Source: Bugula neritina
Taxonomy: Eukaryota; Animalia; Bryozoa
Length of the DNA: 64,000 bases
Assembly: GCA_964035545.1 (NCBI GenBank)
Contig: OZ037770.1
Coordinates: 1,922,001-1,986,000 of the forward strand
Direction: 5' to 3'
This document shows, one piece after another, positions 39,081 through 52,823 of the stretch; positions within the stretch are counted from its first letter, which is position 1, and the number at the start of each line of letters is the position of its first letter. The notes below the pieces were generated by a model that had not been told where the DNA came from, ran no database searches, and worked only from the letters and a program-made list of their open reading frames with translations. The translations under genes were made by a program, and so were the position numbers.

Positions 39081-42000
39081 CTAACTGGCCGACTGCACAA
39101 CATCCGGACTACCAATGACCTCTACGCGAGAGTCAGCTAGTTTATATATATCTTTACCACTGAGCTCTTCGGTGACATCCGCCTGACCAGTGATTTCTCC
39201 GTTTTCTGTGGAATTACTGACTTCCTGGACACTAGAATTCATGACACCTCCGCCGTCATTGGCTCCTGAATAGAAACGGAAGTTATGATTAGCCGATTAA
39301 TTGTAAAAGATTGTAAATGCTAAAACAATTATTGTGACTCACACAAAGGCCTAATGAGTAAATCCAAACCTGTGACTACCACATCTCATGTAAAGGGGGT
39401 TCATCCCCGCCACCCCCAAACCTTTCACAGTACCCGATCCCCTAGCACCACACACAAATTAGGCTATTCAACATGCATCTCACTTTCTATTGGTCAATTT
39501 ACATGTGATTTTTGAATGCATTTTATAGGTATGTGAAAACAAGAATATTTCCTATTAGGTATAAAAAATAATAAAAATGTAACTGTCAATTACCATCAGC
39601 CTATTAATACTTATAATATAACAGTTGTTAATAGTTTCATAGTATAGCTAAGGCAGTTTGCGGTAGTCTCCCAATATGGTCAAGCAAAAACAATTAAAAT
39701 CATTAAACCACAAACTTTGAACAGACAAGTGACAATAGTTACCAGCATCAGTATTTCCTGATGAAATTGGTGAAGCTGACTCAGAGGACGGAGTGGGAGG
39801 GGAGTTACACGTCTCAAACTTTCCGGCTGGGGACTCAGTCTCCTCCATCGCAAGCTGCCAGGACGGAATAACCGGCTTGGAGACCGGAGTCTCGGGAAAC
39901 TGGTGTCTGCAGAAGACAGGAAATAGAAAACTACTTCCCACTCGGCACGAATACTACAAGTTTGTTATTATATTTTATCAGAATAAAGTGGGAGGAGATA
40001 AACACACCTACCAGAATAAAGTGGGAATGGATAAAACACACCTGTTGAGCAGAAGTCTCTTGAGGGAAGACAATTCCTCTTTTATTTCTTTTATGTCATT
40101 CCTGGCTCCTGTTGACGTTTGCATCTGATCGATTTTCTGCAAGACACACAGACAGACGTTGTAGTGGACACATTAAAATAGAGTAACACTATGAGTACTG
40201 AGTGACTAACACTATGAGTACTGAGTCACTGACACTATGAGTACTGAGTCACTGACACTATGAGTACTGAGTCACTGACACTATGAGTACTGAATCACTG
40301 ACACTATGAGTACTGAGTGACTAATACTATAAGTACTGAGTGACTGACACTATGAGTACTGAGTGACTAACACTATAAGTACTGAGTGACTAACACTATG
40401 AGTACTGAGTGACTAATACTATAAGTACTGAGTGACTGACACTATGAGTACTGAGTGACTAACACTATGAGTACTGAGTGACTAACACCATGAGTACTGA
40501 GTGACCAACACTATGAGTACTGAGTCACTAACACTATGAGTACTGAGTGACTAACACCATGAGTACTGAGTGACCAACACTATGAGTACTGAGTCACTAA
40601 CACTATGAGTACTGAGTGACTAACCTGACTGTTAGAGTTACACGTCTGCTGCAGCTCAACCAAAGCCCCTTTGACTAGAGAGAGAGCCTCCGTCTGCTGG
40701 GAGAGAGTCTTCTGCATAGACTCTGATTCCTCCTCGTCTTCGCCCTTGAGGAACGGCAGTACAAACTCCTACAATCATGATGAGAACTTAGGCTATCTCA
40801 GGGAAAATATGAAATAGGAAAAGACAAGAATGGAGAAGCAATATTTTTGCGGAGTATTTTATAAGACAACTCCTTGTAGCTGCTACGAAACTCAGCTTAT
40901 AAAGCAATGAAATGTTGGAAAACTTCTGTTAACCGCTACAAATTAGAATATTATAAGCAAAAACTCTTGTGGGTTTATAGTTACTACCCCTGTGGGAACC
41001 CCTAGTGGAAAGGGTTTTTTAAGCAGACCAAGATAGGACTTTTTACTTTTTCTGACAAAGGAGTAAAATTGACCGAATGCTCTTCCTAACACCAGGTCAG
41101 TGGTTAGAGTGAGATTCAAACCACAGACCTCGTTTTCAGTGAGCCAGTGCTAAACCATGCCAGCTCCCAAAATATTTTATAACAGTTGCTAACAAACAAT
41201 GCAACAATCATCAGATAAAAAATAAGAGAAGATGGGTGACTTTTGTAACCAAGTCTATACTAAGTTTTACTGCTTATTCTAGCATAGCAAAGTAAATATA
41301 AAAAGAGAGCACAACTTCATACATTCAACTACAAAGCCCCAGGAACATAGATATACCTTGTAGAACTTGTAGAGGGCATATGCAGCCCCTCCGAACATTG
41401 CAAAAAAGACTGTCCAGCTCCTAAGGCTACTTAGACGGGAAGGAGGAACCGCAACTGAAAATAAGATTATAAAAATTAGGTGTTAGTAAGAGACTGTGAC
41501 TATCATACTGTGACTACCGTACTGTGAGTATTGTACTGTGACTGTTATACTATGAGTACTGTACAGTGACTGCTGTACTGTGACTATCATACTGTGACTG
41601 CTGTACTGTGACTGATACTATGAGAATATTTAACGAAGGCTACAATCCAGTTGTGACACCAGAAGAGACTATATCATCAGAGCTGATGAGTCACATTTTA
41701 TTCCAGCACATTCTACTCAATAAGCGGTTGAGAGTTGAAAAACTGTAAAAACGGTAAAATTTATTGACTCAACAAAAACTACATAAGAAATAGAAAAACC
41801 AAGTTAGATGAAAGATTTCTGTAAATGCTAAATGAAATCCCGAAGATCTTTTTTCATCAACTTTATAAAATAGATTTTCTATATCACAACATTCTAGAAA
41901 GTTCCAGAAGTATTTAGGATGTTCAGAAGACTTCATATTAAACTCTACTGAATACTATGAGAAGGTTCTAGAAGCTTACCTGGATGGCGTGTATTCACCT

Positions 42001-42954
42001 CCTGTTGCGCCTGAATCAATGCGTAGGATATCTCATCGGTGGTGAGACCTACAATGTCCAGCAAACAGAAGTTTGTCAGTTGCAGTAACTGAGTCTATTT
42101 ATTAGCCTCAGATCTACCAATACATTAGATAAATAATTTTAAAGCACAAATACAAATCCTAATTCATCAGTAGCTTCAGCTAATTTTCCAACACGGAAAT
42201 TGATTTCAAAACACATTATAACCCAATAACTTTATTATACTGTAACACAATGTAGTATTTCAGGAAACATTTTAACGAAGGTAACAGGGGAAAATGGTAA
42301 CACAAATCCAGTAATCCTACACAAAGCATAATGTAAATCACTAAGATAGTAAGGCAACAATAAACATTATTGTTACCTTTTTTCTGCAAGAAATTCTGTT
42401 TTTCTTTAAAAGAGCTGTTGGCCACACTAGTATTTTGTAGAAATTTCACTGCGGTGGCAATCTAAAACAAACAACTTCCAAACTCAATCAAAAATGTTAA
42501 TTTTAAAATTCAAATATTTTATAAAATAAATACTCAATGACGGAAATATTTTTTATAAAACTACAAGTTACTGCATAGGCTTGCCTCAGTGTGTCACAAT
42601 TTACTATTTTAAATTTATACTTTCAATAAATAATATAAATTATATTTTTTATAATAACATTCAAACAAAACATATCAAGTAAAACGCAGCAATACTTATA
42701 AATAAAGTGTCTATTTAGTTACTCCTAATGGGTGAGTTATGGCAGGTGTATATGTTACCATGGTGACCACAGTAATCAATGAGTTAGTGCATCAGTCCAT
42801 TTCTACTCACCAATCTTTCTCTTTCAACTGAGTCCCAACCGGCTGTGCTAGGAACTGTGGGTGGTGGTGCTTGAGCAGATGGGGCCCCCTGCTGAGCATC
42901 ATCTATGTTTGAAGAATTTGGGTTATTCTCCGTATTTGAAGGTGATTGATCCAT
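39081..42954 (-). CDS. PEX14: Peroxisomal membrane protein PEX14, 8 exons
   Basis: Exons 42954-42811, 42461-42377, 42048-41980, 41454-41357, 40768-40625, 40136-40042, 39906-39743, 39265-39081; Pex14_N RERLIATAVKFLQN..FLQKKGLTTDEI, TM segment GGAAYALYKFYK, coiled coil, ELSSLKRLLLNRHQFP..IPSWQL. Confidence 0.95.
40184..40624. repeat. 23-bp minisatellite (~19 copies) beginning exactly at a PEX14 donor
   Basis: Unit TAACACTATGAGTACTGAGTGAC; minus strand reads CAG|GTTAGTCACTCAGTACTCATAGT... Confidence 0.95.
40960..41168 (-). mobile_element. Diverged tRNA-derived SINE copy
   Basis: AATGCTCTTCCTAACACC core, AAAAGGGTTTTT and TTTATAGT blocks shared with the other copies. Confidence 0.6.
41493..41622. 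repeat. ~15-bp degenerate minisatellite (ACTGTGACTATCAT)
   Basis: Seen directly, in a PEX14 intron near the acceptor. Confidence 0.75.
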
Positions 42955-45941
42955 CACATCTAATTCTACATTACAATGATAGTTTGCTACGAAAAAGTTT
43001 AAAATGGATAATTTAAAAGAATCATTAGGTTCCTTAACCACTGGTTGACGTCGTGAATATCATCCAGGCTATGATGACAGTTAACTAGATTCTATTGGTA
43101 CAAATCATTGAAGGGAAAATTTTGATTGAATTGCAGTAAGTCTGTAACATTTTCATAAGTCGAAGTGGCAAATTTAGTTGATAGAACTTATAGAAGATCT
43201 ACAAATAAATTTGTTGAATCATAATCCCTAAGCATTGCAAAAAATAAATTTCAAATATTCAAAAATGTTTCACATAGTTTTTGAAAATATTGCTATACAT
43301 CTTGCAAACGAAGTCAAATAGATAAGTTCCCTTAGAATAACTTGTCTAGCTGCTAACTCGACTAACTAATGGCTTGACTTATTTGTGATACGACACTGCA
43401 TGAAATTAAATTGGAAAACAACTCAAGTAATCATAAGCAATTCTAATCAAGTACATGCACTCAAAGAACGATTATATGACAGAAGTAGCACTAAGTTATA
43501 CAATAACTGAATACGTATACTACAACAGAAAAATGAGAGAAATAATATAGAATTAAACAATAATCACTGCAATTCTAAACATTAACATAAATTTAAAATT
43601 AGGCACTTGAAAAAATTAAAAGAACGAGAACTAGCGGCTAAAGTTTTGAACATTTTCAGTTTTTCCATTTACCATGATCATGTACGCACCTGGTCATTAC
43701 TAAAACTATTAATACTACAAACAGTATTATGATTATAATTTAATTATTATTAAAATTTGCAATTTTTTTATTGCTTGACTATCACTATGACTTGAAATCT
43801 GACTATGGCTATGAGTATGACAATGACTACTACTAGCATTAGCTACGATAAGTAGAAGTATAACAAGTACTACTAGTATTATTTCTAGACCTAGTACTAC
43901 TACTAGCAACACTATTATGTTTAACAATAACATTAGGATTAACACACACTTACACTTACTGTAAAAAAATTAATTTTAGTATTAGGATAAAGATGAGGAT
44001 TATCAGTTTCAAATTCAGCCAAAGAACTGAAATAACGATATAATTTATATCTGCTTATAATATATTTTATATAGTTATTCTAATTCTCAGGCTCAAGCTG
44101 AATCTGATGATCTTGATGTTTATCCTAATACTAATAGTAGTAATACTCTAATAGTAATATTCTTAAATTCTAATTTAAATTTATTTTAAGAATAAGTCGA
44201 CTATACTTTCACTCATTTTTATTTTAAATATAGAATAAATATAATGGCTTAGATCATAAACTCATTATATTTATGTTATAGCAATGGTATAACTTCGCTA
44301 TAACTACTAATACTAATAGTAATAGTAATATCAATGTCGCTAGTATGAGTATCATTAAATTTAAAACTGCTAGTTCTACACCTGCAACTTGCAAGTGTTA
44401 TTTCACATTTGGGCCCAATTTTTAAAGCATCACTAGAAGGAACACCAAGTTGTGGGTGACTGGGTACATTGGTTACTGACACTGAGGATTGCAATCCTGA
44501 CAGATTATATTATACGAACGCAGTTATCCAAGTTTCGTGCGGCTTCTAGCCAAATTTTCTTTTTCACAGTAGTGACCTTTACCCTAGACCTAGAACAATA
44601 ATAATATTACACTAGAAACTGCATAATTATTATTCAATATAATTATTATTATATATTTAATTCTGCCTCTAACATTTGAATTTAATATTATTATGTAAAG
44701 ATGTCATGAAGATGGGAGACAACTCCATCTCTAGAGAGTCAAATTTTATTCTTTATACAAAAGAACATTCCAAAACTGAAATTATTGCAAAATAAATATC
44801 AAATATCACAATCATGAATATGAATAATCCTTCTTATGTAATTTATGAATAATACACTGTTTATTTTTAGTAGTATTGCTATTACTATTAGTATTACTAT
44901 TAGTATTACTATAATAGTAATACTAATAGTAATACTAATAGTAATTCTTTTTTAACTTATCTTAGACTTACTCTTACTCTTACTCTTAGTCTTAGTAACT
45001 ATTGCTATTATAATATAAATATGAATATCAATTAATATTATCAATATCAATATGAATATGAATAAATTAAAATTCAATAAATACAATAATAATATGATTA
45101 TAATCAATGAATATGACTAATAAGTATAGCTAATATCATAATTATAACTCAGCATCACTATGAGTTACACTTACTTATTACTATGACTCTTACTCTTAGT
45201 CCTAATGGCTTGAGTGTGACATTGACAATCACAATGAGTATGACTGAGTGATACTGAAAGTGAATGACATATTCATATTGATGTAGTGTATACACTATGA
45301 GTATACTTACCGTTATTCTTATACTTAATCTATAAATCTTATAAGTTAATGTTCTACTTATAGGCTTACCTACATCATACTTGCACTAGTTGTACTGATA
45401 CTATATTCAAATTCATATTTTATCATAATCATTACCAAATCATATGAATAATAGTCGTATCAGCTTCAAGTTTAATAGTCGTATCGGTAATTATATTGAT
45501 GTTGACATAACAGCAAACTGAATCACTCACTATTATTTTTATAGCGACAATAATGATTAATAGTTAGTGACTGTGACTGTAAATGACTCACCACTTTTAG
45601 TGCAATCATATTACTAAACCATTGATGTATGATTATCAAATATTAATATTATCAATATCATTATGATTGTTACTATAGGTATTCTGATGTTCATCGCTAT
45701 CATCATGAGGTATTCAGATCACTCTGTGATTGTTTTCGATGATGGTTTTGTTGCTAATATCATAATGAGTAATCCATGGGTATGTGTGATGTTATGTTGT
45801 GTACCTTAATTATGTTGTATGCTTATTTTGATGGTTGCTTATAGTTCTAGATGCTATGAATACCTCTTAAATCAGAATGGACAGGTCAACACTTCAAACT
45901 AGACTGTTTTACTCAAACTGAATAAGTACTATTGCGTAAAA

Positions 45942-48419
45942 ATGGCACCTTTCAAGTTGTTGTTCAGGTCCGGAGCTGATTGTTCCAAGTATGGAGTAGT
46001 TGCTGAGTCTATTCATCACTTGAAAGAAAAAGGTCTGAAATCATTCATATATTTATAAATAAAAACATTTCTGTTGATTTTAATTGCTAATACTCTTATA
46101 GTAAAAGATAGGAGGCCACCCAAGGCAACATTATGCTGCAATAAAATATAGGCTAACATCTTTTATTTGAAACCATTTAAAATTGCAACCAAAGCCTTAA
46201 AAAAGTATTTAACGTTTTATCCAACCAAGTTTTTCGTCAAATATTTTAATCTTATTTAGATTTTTTTGAATTTAAAACATTCTAGAACTTGGTTCAGAAG
46301 TTTGCTGTTTGCTTCGGTAACATATTTAATGCAATTTAATTGAATAACTTAGTAGCTAATGATGCCCAATTTGCAACTTAAGGTATCAATTGACAACATA
46401 AATTATATTCTAGAATTTGCGATTTTGCATTTGTTTCAGCGAAAGACAAGTTCCAATTATCATGTGAGGTAGAAGACGTCATACTCAAACTAGAAGATGG
46501 TACTATTGTGGACGATGAAGACTATTTTGCATGTTTGGAAAGTAACACTTGTGTAGTTGTATCAGGTTAGTGTTTTTATGCTACTCTTGCATTGCGACTG
46601 ATGCATGAAATTTACTCCTTAAAGATGGTAATTGAGTTGATAAAGTGCTATAAAACTTAAATTACTGTAATAAGTTTATCATAACGATACTTTCACAATT
46701 CTGTTCCATTGGATATATAGCTAAACCACTCACGCAATCATTTTCTTGTTTGCACCATTAGTTATAAGTTACTAGTTTATATTCACTAGTTTATAATATT
46801 TACTAGTAAGTATTTGCTAGCTAGTAATATGTATAGAAGGGTATTCTACAATCTAACGACCCAGAAATTCACATCATTATTATTCAGCTTATACAATCAG
46901 CTCAAATGAAAAATCTATCACAGCTCAAAACATCTTTTCCTAAAGCCTGGGACCTTTAGTAATGCCCCTGAAACCTGATTCTTTACTGATACATAAACTA
47001 GGGCTATGCACGTATATAATATCTGGTAGGGCCCAAAACCTCACTGGACACAGTTGATGGTAGATTACAAGTGGACGGGCCGTTGTCTCGCCCTTCCTCA
47101 AGTGGAGAGTATGTCAGTGACTCAGTGAGCCTTGGTGAACACATAGATATAACCAGACTGACTCGCAGACTTCACTCGGATATTACTAGCATCGGCACGT
47201 TCTCCATCCCCGAACTCGAGGTATGACATCATCAACTCGAAATGTAAACACTTGGTTGTTTGAAGTTTATTGGGTTGTATTAAATGTGCATTTTCACTGA
47301 TAATATCAGCGAAAATAAATAAATAAATTATCATAATATTATTATGATTTAATTGATTTATCTATTTGTTACATATCAATGACATGAAAACACATTGCGA
47401 ATTCCTGTGTAAATACTGGCTATAATAAGTGGGCATGAAATGAATTAAAAAAACTTCAGAACTCTGTTGGATTACGTAAAACAAAAGATCATTTGAAATA
47501 TTTACCAAGTGTCGTACAAATTAGTAAACTTTTACAGTCAATATTTTAATTGCGAGTTTTTTAAGTAGTGCTATACTGATTTGTAAAGACTGTTATAGGA
47601 AAAAAATTGAATAGCTGTATTTTACAACTTTATAGCTAAGTAATTTATGACTTTAGGCCACGTGGCTTTGTATCATAAACATCCAGTGGACGTTGGCAAC
47701 TATAGCATGACTATCGGTTCCAAATTAAATATAGTTGAATGGAGGTCTTCGTTTAGCAGTTGTGCGTACATTTCAATTTTATGGCATATTGGACTCCTGT
47801 GTGTGTGTGTGCGTGTGTGTGTGTATTACTTTATTTCTTGTATTCAATTTCTCTCTTTGCTTAGGCAGTGAGTGCTAAAAATTAGAAAACTGCAATTAGT
47901 GTTTTGAGTCTAAATTAGGTTTACTAGTTCAAAGTTAAAATATCTTACATCCACCACCAATTTAGCTCCATTATTGTTAATGTAGGTAAACTAGAAGATT
48001 TGAAACATATTAAAAGTACTTCCATTCAAATAACCATCTAAAGTTGTGTCTTTTATTTTATTTGGAGTCGAAAATTGTAATTTCAAATTACCACTTTGCT
48101 CTTAACAGTTCTCTTTGTTTAGCTTTTGTTGTAAAATAAATGTTATATAGTATATGATATTGATATTAGCTAACTTATGTACCTTGCCTGGTTTCACAAC
48201 TCATTATCGTATTCGTGTTCCCAGGCAATAGCGAATGCTACTCAAGATGATCTTCGTCAGTCGCTCACCTACATGACTTGGGAGGAAATTGATTCCTTAC
48301 AGGATGTGTGCCACACCCACTTAGTAGAAAGAGAGAAGACAACAGACGCTATTGTTTTACTCAAGCTTTGTGATGATAATCCAACACTTGCTTGTAAGAG
48401 GCCCTGCATTCGTAAATAG
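45942..48419 (+). CDS. DFFA: DNA fragmentation factor alpha / ICAD-like (CIDE-N plus DFF-C-like), 4 exons, ~200 aa
   Basis: Exons 45942-46032, 46440-46565, 47030-47220, 48225-48419; PFK..KYGVVA..L.EK, LEDGTIVDDEDYF..L..NT; caspase-3-type site DTVD|G; LTRRLHSDITSIGTFS..ELEAI..DL..LQDVC..L..RE. Confidence 0.85.
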
Positions 48420-50093
48420 TTATTTGATTAACAGAAGCTATGAGACGCAAACTTCAAATTAACTTTTTTGTGACAAAAATGAACATATTTTTATAATTAT
48501 TGTATTTTTTTATCTCACACCACAAACTATTAAATTTATGATTTAGCGCTATAACCTTTTTATCTGGTATTGTGACATAGCTTGAAAAAGTTCTTTCTAC
48601 TTATTTTTCTCAGAAATAATTTCTGTCTATTGATAATTAGTATTACTTATGATGATCGATAATCAATTTTGTTTATCTCTAATCAGTGCATATGCACTTT
48701 GTTTAGTGCTTTCAGATGAGTGATTGTGAAATTCAGTACAGAGCTGTTTAAGTTTGATAATTTCTACATCAATAAATCGTGTAATATTCCATATATGCAG
48801 TGTAGCAGTTCTGATGGCTATGATATTTTAGCATGTGTCTTTTGACTAATCATAGGCATCTTCTTTCCACGCAGGCATGGTGTTCTCGAAAATTTTCATA
48901 ATCTTGCAAATACCTCTCTATATTTTCTAAACAAAGGTTTGCATTGTTGAATATTTATTTTAGTAATCTTGCAGTTATGTGCTCATTGGTATCTATTAAG
49001 GTTGAATGATTTACAAAAAGTCCAGCACCATTTTCTTGCCATTAAATTTAGACATGCTACATGAGTTATAGTAATTGTGAGCTAATTAGTCACAGGAGTG
49101 ATGTATAATATGGTTATATATAGCCAGGCAGACATTGATCATAAAGTGACAGAATCCAGCAGGTGCTTGTCTCAGATTAAATGTAGTTTTGTATGCAGCA
49201 CTTAAGTTAAAGTGTTCCGGGGACAATTGATATATAATTCAAACTGAATGACCTGTTTATACTTGATGGTAATAAGATATTAATAGCATTTAGAATGGAA
49301 TAGGGCTTTGAGCTCTATTGATTTTTTCCAGGTTAATTGATAAACTAAAAGAAATTTACAGCTAGATATGAATAATGCAATATTTATTTCAATGCATGCG
49401 ATTATGAAGCCTGTAAACATATTTCACAAGAAAGCATACAATTAAGCAATGCTGTAATTTATAAATAAAGCATAATAGCAAAGAAATTTACAAAAAAATT
49501 CAGCTATTGTTTCTTTGTTTAACTCAACAAGATGCAAGGTTTAGATTTGGATAGTGTAAATTACTATTTGCATTCTTGTACAATAGTTAGATTTTAAAAT
49601 AAGTATTAGGCCAACTTTTCACCAATTCAGTTTATTTGCAAACCATCAGCAACAGCGGGAAAAAAGCAGTAATAATAACGTATGTATAATTAGTAAAAGT
49701 ACAAATTATTTTTGAGTGTCAAAACTAACTTAATAAATGGTATGGTCCGAGGAGATCGTTGTTCAACACACAGTAAAAATAGATAGAATATACATGCCAC
49801 AAAAAATGTTACGATTGCCACCAACTTGAACTGCATGAGAGATAATTCCAGCTCAACTGTTGTCTTGTACAGTAATTGACAACAAGTTTGCTTGTGGTCA
49901 AATGCTGTACAAGATGACGCCTGAGCTAAAATTATCTCCAAAAGGCTTTGAATTGAATTGAATTGAAAACCATGATTGTTATATCGATTTTGCCATTTTG
50001 GTAATAATGTGATGTTAGTGGGAGGTACCAAAGCACCCATAAGTGTCAACATAGAAAAGGGGTGCACAATTACTCCAAGGTCATGCACTGATT

Positions 50094-52823
50094 TCACTCA
50101 AAATATGCATTTCTTAGAAGAAAAGAGGCTAAGAAATTATGCAGAGGAAACATAAAATCTTGTGGTTTTCCGACGTCTTCCCCAATCTCACAAATCACTG
50201 ACAAGTAGTTCACACAGTCCCCATTATCCCTGCGATCTACTACCCTGTGGTGAAAGGATTTGTTGTCATCACCATTTTCTTTCCAAATAAACTCTTTACC
50301 AAGGAGACTGTTTGGTGACTTTACAATACAGAAAGCAGTTTCAATGAGATCTGAAGATATTTTTGAATCGTGAAAAAGGATACCTGCGAAGAAATGGTCA
50401 GGATCTTGAATTAACTGTTTGATTGCAACACGTAGTGTATGTTCCTTTTGCTGCTTTTGCTGCTGTAGCTTATCTATCAATCTGTCACAGATTTGTTGCT
50501 GGACGCTTTTGCTCTCTATTCTAGACTTTTCCAAAATGCTTCTGGATTTACCAATTATGCCATAAATATTGGAATCATTGAGGTTCTCAATCCAATCAGA
50601 TGTTTTGTTAGTAGCATAACCTATTTTGGCAGCATTATGAGCATCAGTGGCAATATTAGATCTCCGAAAAAGTGAATCGGCATATCCCAACACACTTTCT
50701 GATACCATATTATCTACAGGAGCATTGGTACCGAGTACGACACGCTCAGGAGGCATATGATATAACTCTCCTCCTTGCAGATACTGAACTAATTGTCGCT
50801 CCATCACAGCTTGAAATGCTTTGGCTGTCAGTGTTACAAGCTCCAACTCTAAATCAGTTGGCGGGACTGTTCGAAGATGCTTTGCGACAGGATCATCTTT
50901 ACAGTCTCCAACATCAAAGCAGCTAAATCCTTCTTGCCATAACAAACTGGGCTTTTCCACCACTTGCAAAAGGGTCTTGTGGGCACTGTCTAGTGTTTTT
51001 GCACTATCCAAGTTTGACAATGAGGCTTTTTTATACAAACACTTCATCCATGGCCCAGATACACTTTTGCCAAACAAACCGCCAACACGCAATTCACTTT
51101 GCACTATGCTGAGTTGTAATAAAGAAAGTACATGTTTCGCAGTTGGTTTTTCACAGACATTGGTAAAATATTCCAGAAGTATTTCCAATAAATAGTAGAT
51201 GTTGCCACACAGAGAGAAAATAACGTGAAACCTGTTGCCCACATATCGCTCAAGTAAATTGATGTCGACTGCTTTACTAATCAAAAATGCTTTAAGCTGT
51301 TTTGGTTCACCAGAAGAAACTTTGTATTTCATTTTTGAGATGGCTTGGATCACTTTTATTAGTACAGATTCATTGCCTGGTAAATTGGAGGTAACTTTAT
51401 TTTCTAATTCAAACGCCTTTGTAAGTTTTCTGAACGCTATTGCTAAACTGTCCAAAGGATGAATATTGCAATTCAACTCAAGCAACTCGTGACCTACATA
51501 TTTTTCTAAATCTTTTACTACGCAGTGATTCACTGCTGCTCGATCGCTCATGGTTGAAGTAATTTTCATTTTGACTTCACTCAATATTTGAGATTGATCA
51601 AAATCTGGGTTAAGTGCGCAATAACAGCTGACCGCATTTTCCAGAGCACAGATTATGTGACTAACATAGTCTGTAGCCTTAGCTCCAGGCAAAGACACAA
51701 CATCAAGAACATAGTGACCTATATCTGTGTTTACGTGGACTTCATTTATGTGTTTTGTTTTCACAGTCGTGGCATCCCAAGCTATGTTCACAAATGATGA
51801 TTTAAGAATAGCTTCGATTGCTTGAGCAGTTGATAAAGTTCTCATTTCAGATATCATACTTTTCACTGCGTACGTGCTTGGTAAGCGCTCAAGCTCTACT
51901 TTGAATATCATACGTGATATATATCTTATGACATCTGAGATGTTGTTTGACGGTACATGCTTACGAGCGCAGTAGTACACAGCTCTACGAATGCTGGCCC
52001 GATACTTACTACCATTTTTTGTTTGACGATTCTGCGCTTTTTGGCTTTGAGTAACATTTATTCTTTTTTGAAAATTTTGGATTGCTACGACATTGCTGTT
52101 CATCTCTTTGGTAAGTTGAAGGAATCTTTTTGTGAGACTTGAAGCATCAACTTCAAATGCTGATCTGATGGTTTTTAAGTCCTGCTTCTCCCCTTGCAAT
52201 TTCTGGTCCTTATAATTTTGCAGACGAGTGTTGAGCCGCTTAAGCGTTATCAAACGCATTTTGTGTTGATCTGCAGTTTTTTTTCCTCTGTGCCATCTCC
52301 TCAAATATTTTCTTGCTACTTTAGAATGTTTCTCCAACTCTGACGTCAAAGCTTTTACACTTGACGCAAAGTTTCTATTTTCTTTTTTCAAAGCCCTAAT
52401 TTTGCTCATGTTATTTTTATAAAGCAGGTGTACAGATTGTTTTTGAGGTGCTAAAACAGCTGTCACTGAAGGCGTATTGCTCGCATCCTCCTTTTTCTCC
52501 GTCAATGAAGGTATTTCCGGAGACTCTCCCAAATCAATTCGCAGAACCTTTTGATCAAAAAAAGCCAAAAGTTTTTTTCTGTACTTCGAGTTTTTGGTCA
52601 GCCCACGAAACCTTTTTCTAATCTCATCAATTGATGCGCTGTCAAGTTGACTACTAAATTTTTCTGGAAGACAATTTAAAATCATAGACGCTCTATTTCC
52701 TCTGGCTGACTTAAACTGTCGATTTATTAATATTATGTGACCATTTTTTATGTATGGAGCTTTCTCCAAAGCACTTTCGGAGACATCAAAAGTCTTTAAT
52801 TTCTGCTCTACTTTCAAACTCAT
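50094..52823 (-). CDS. hAT-like DDE transposase-derived protein A (909 aa)
   Basis: Intact ORF with ordered motifs AWDATT (D), MSDRAAVN (D), CNIH (CxxH), GNRF (RW-like), NMVSESVLG (E); basic, coiled-coil-like N-terminus; subfamily not certain. Confidence 0.8.
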   Translation of the reverse strand: MSLKVEQKLKTFDVSESALEKAPYIKNGHIILINRQFKSARGNRASMILNCLPEKFSSQLDSASIDEIRKRFRGLTKNSKYRKKLLAFFDQKVLRIDLGESPEIPSLTEKKEDASNTPSVTAVLAPQKQSVHLLYKNNMSKIRALKKENRNFASSVKALTSELEKHSKVARKYLRRWHRGKKTADQHKMRLITLKRLNTRLQNYKDQKLQGEKQDLKTIRSAFEVDASSLTKRFLQLTKEMNSNVVAIQNFQKRINVTQSQKAQNRQTKNGSKYRASIRRAVYYCARKHVPSNNISDVIRYISRMIFKVELERLPSTYAVKSMISEMRTLSTAQAIEAILKSSFVNIAWDATTVKTKHINEVHVNTDIGHYVLDVVSLPGAKATDYVSHIICALENAVSCYCALNPDFDQSQILSEVKMKITSTMSDRAAVNHCVVKDLEKYVGHELLELNCNIHPLDSLAIAFRKLTKAFELENKVTSNLPGNESVLIKVIQAISKMKYKVSSGEPKQLKAFLISKAVDINLLERYVGNRFHVIFSLCGNIYYLLEILLEYFTNVCEKPTAKHVLSLLQLSIVQSELRVGGLFGKSVSGPWMKCLYKKASLSNLDSAKTLDSAHKTLLQVVEKPSLLWQEGFSCFDVGDCKDDPVAKHLRTVPPTDLELELVTLTAKAFQAVMERQLVQYLQGGELYHMPPERVVLGTNAPVDNMVSESVLGYADSLFRRSNIATDAHNAAKIGYATNKTSDWIENLNDSNIYGIIGKSRSILEKSRIESKSVQQQICDRLIDKLQQQKQQKEHTLRVAIKQLIQDPDHFFAGILFHDSKISSDLIETAFCIVKSPNSLLGKEFIWKENGDDNKSFHHRVVDRRDNGDCVNYLSVICEIGEDVGKPQDFMFPLHNFLASFLLRNAYFE

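Noticed and set aside
40184-40624. CRISPR-like appearance of the regular arrays
   Set aside because: No unique spacers or cas genes; eukaryotic head-to-tail minisatellites
49690-50097. 135-aa ORF overlapping the stop of transposase A (operon-like coupling)
   Set aside because: GTG start, no counterpart after paralog B, eukaryotic context; probably 3' UTR
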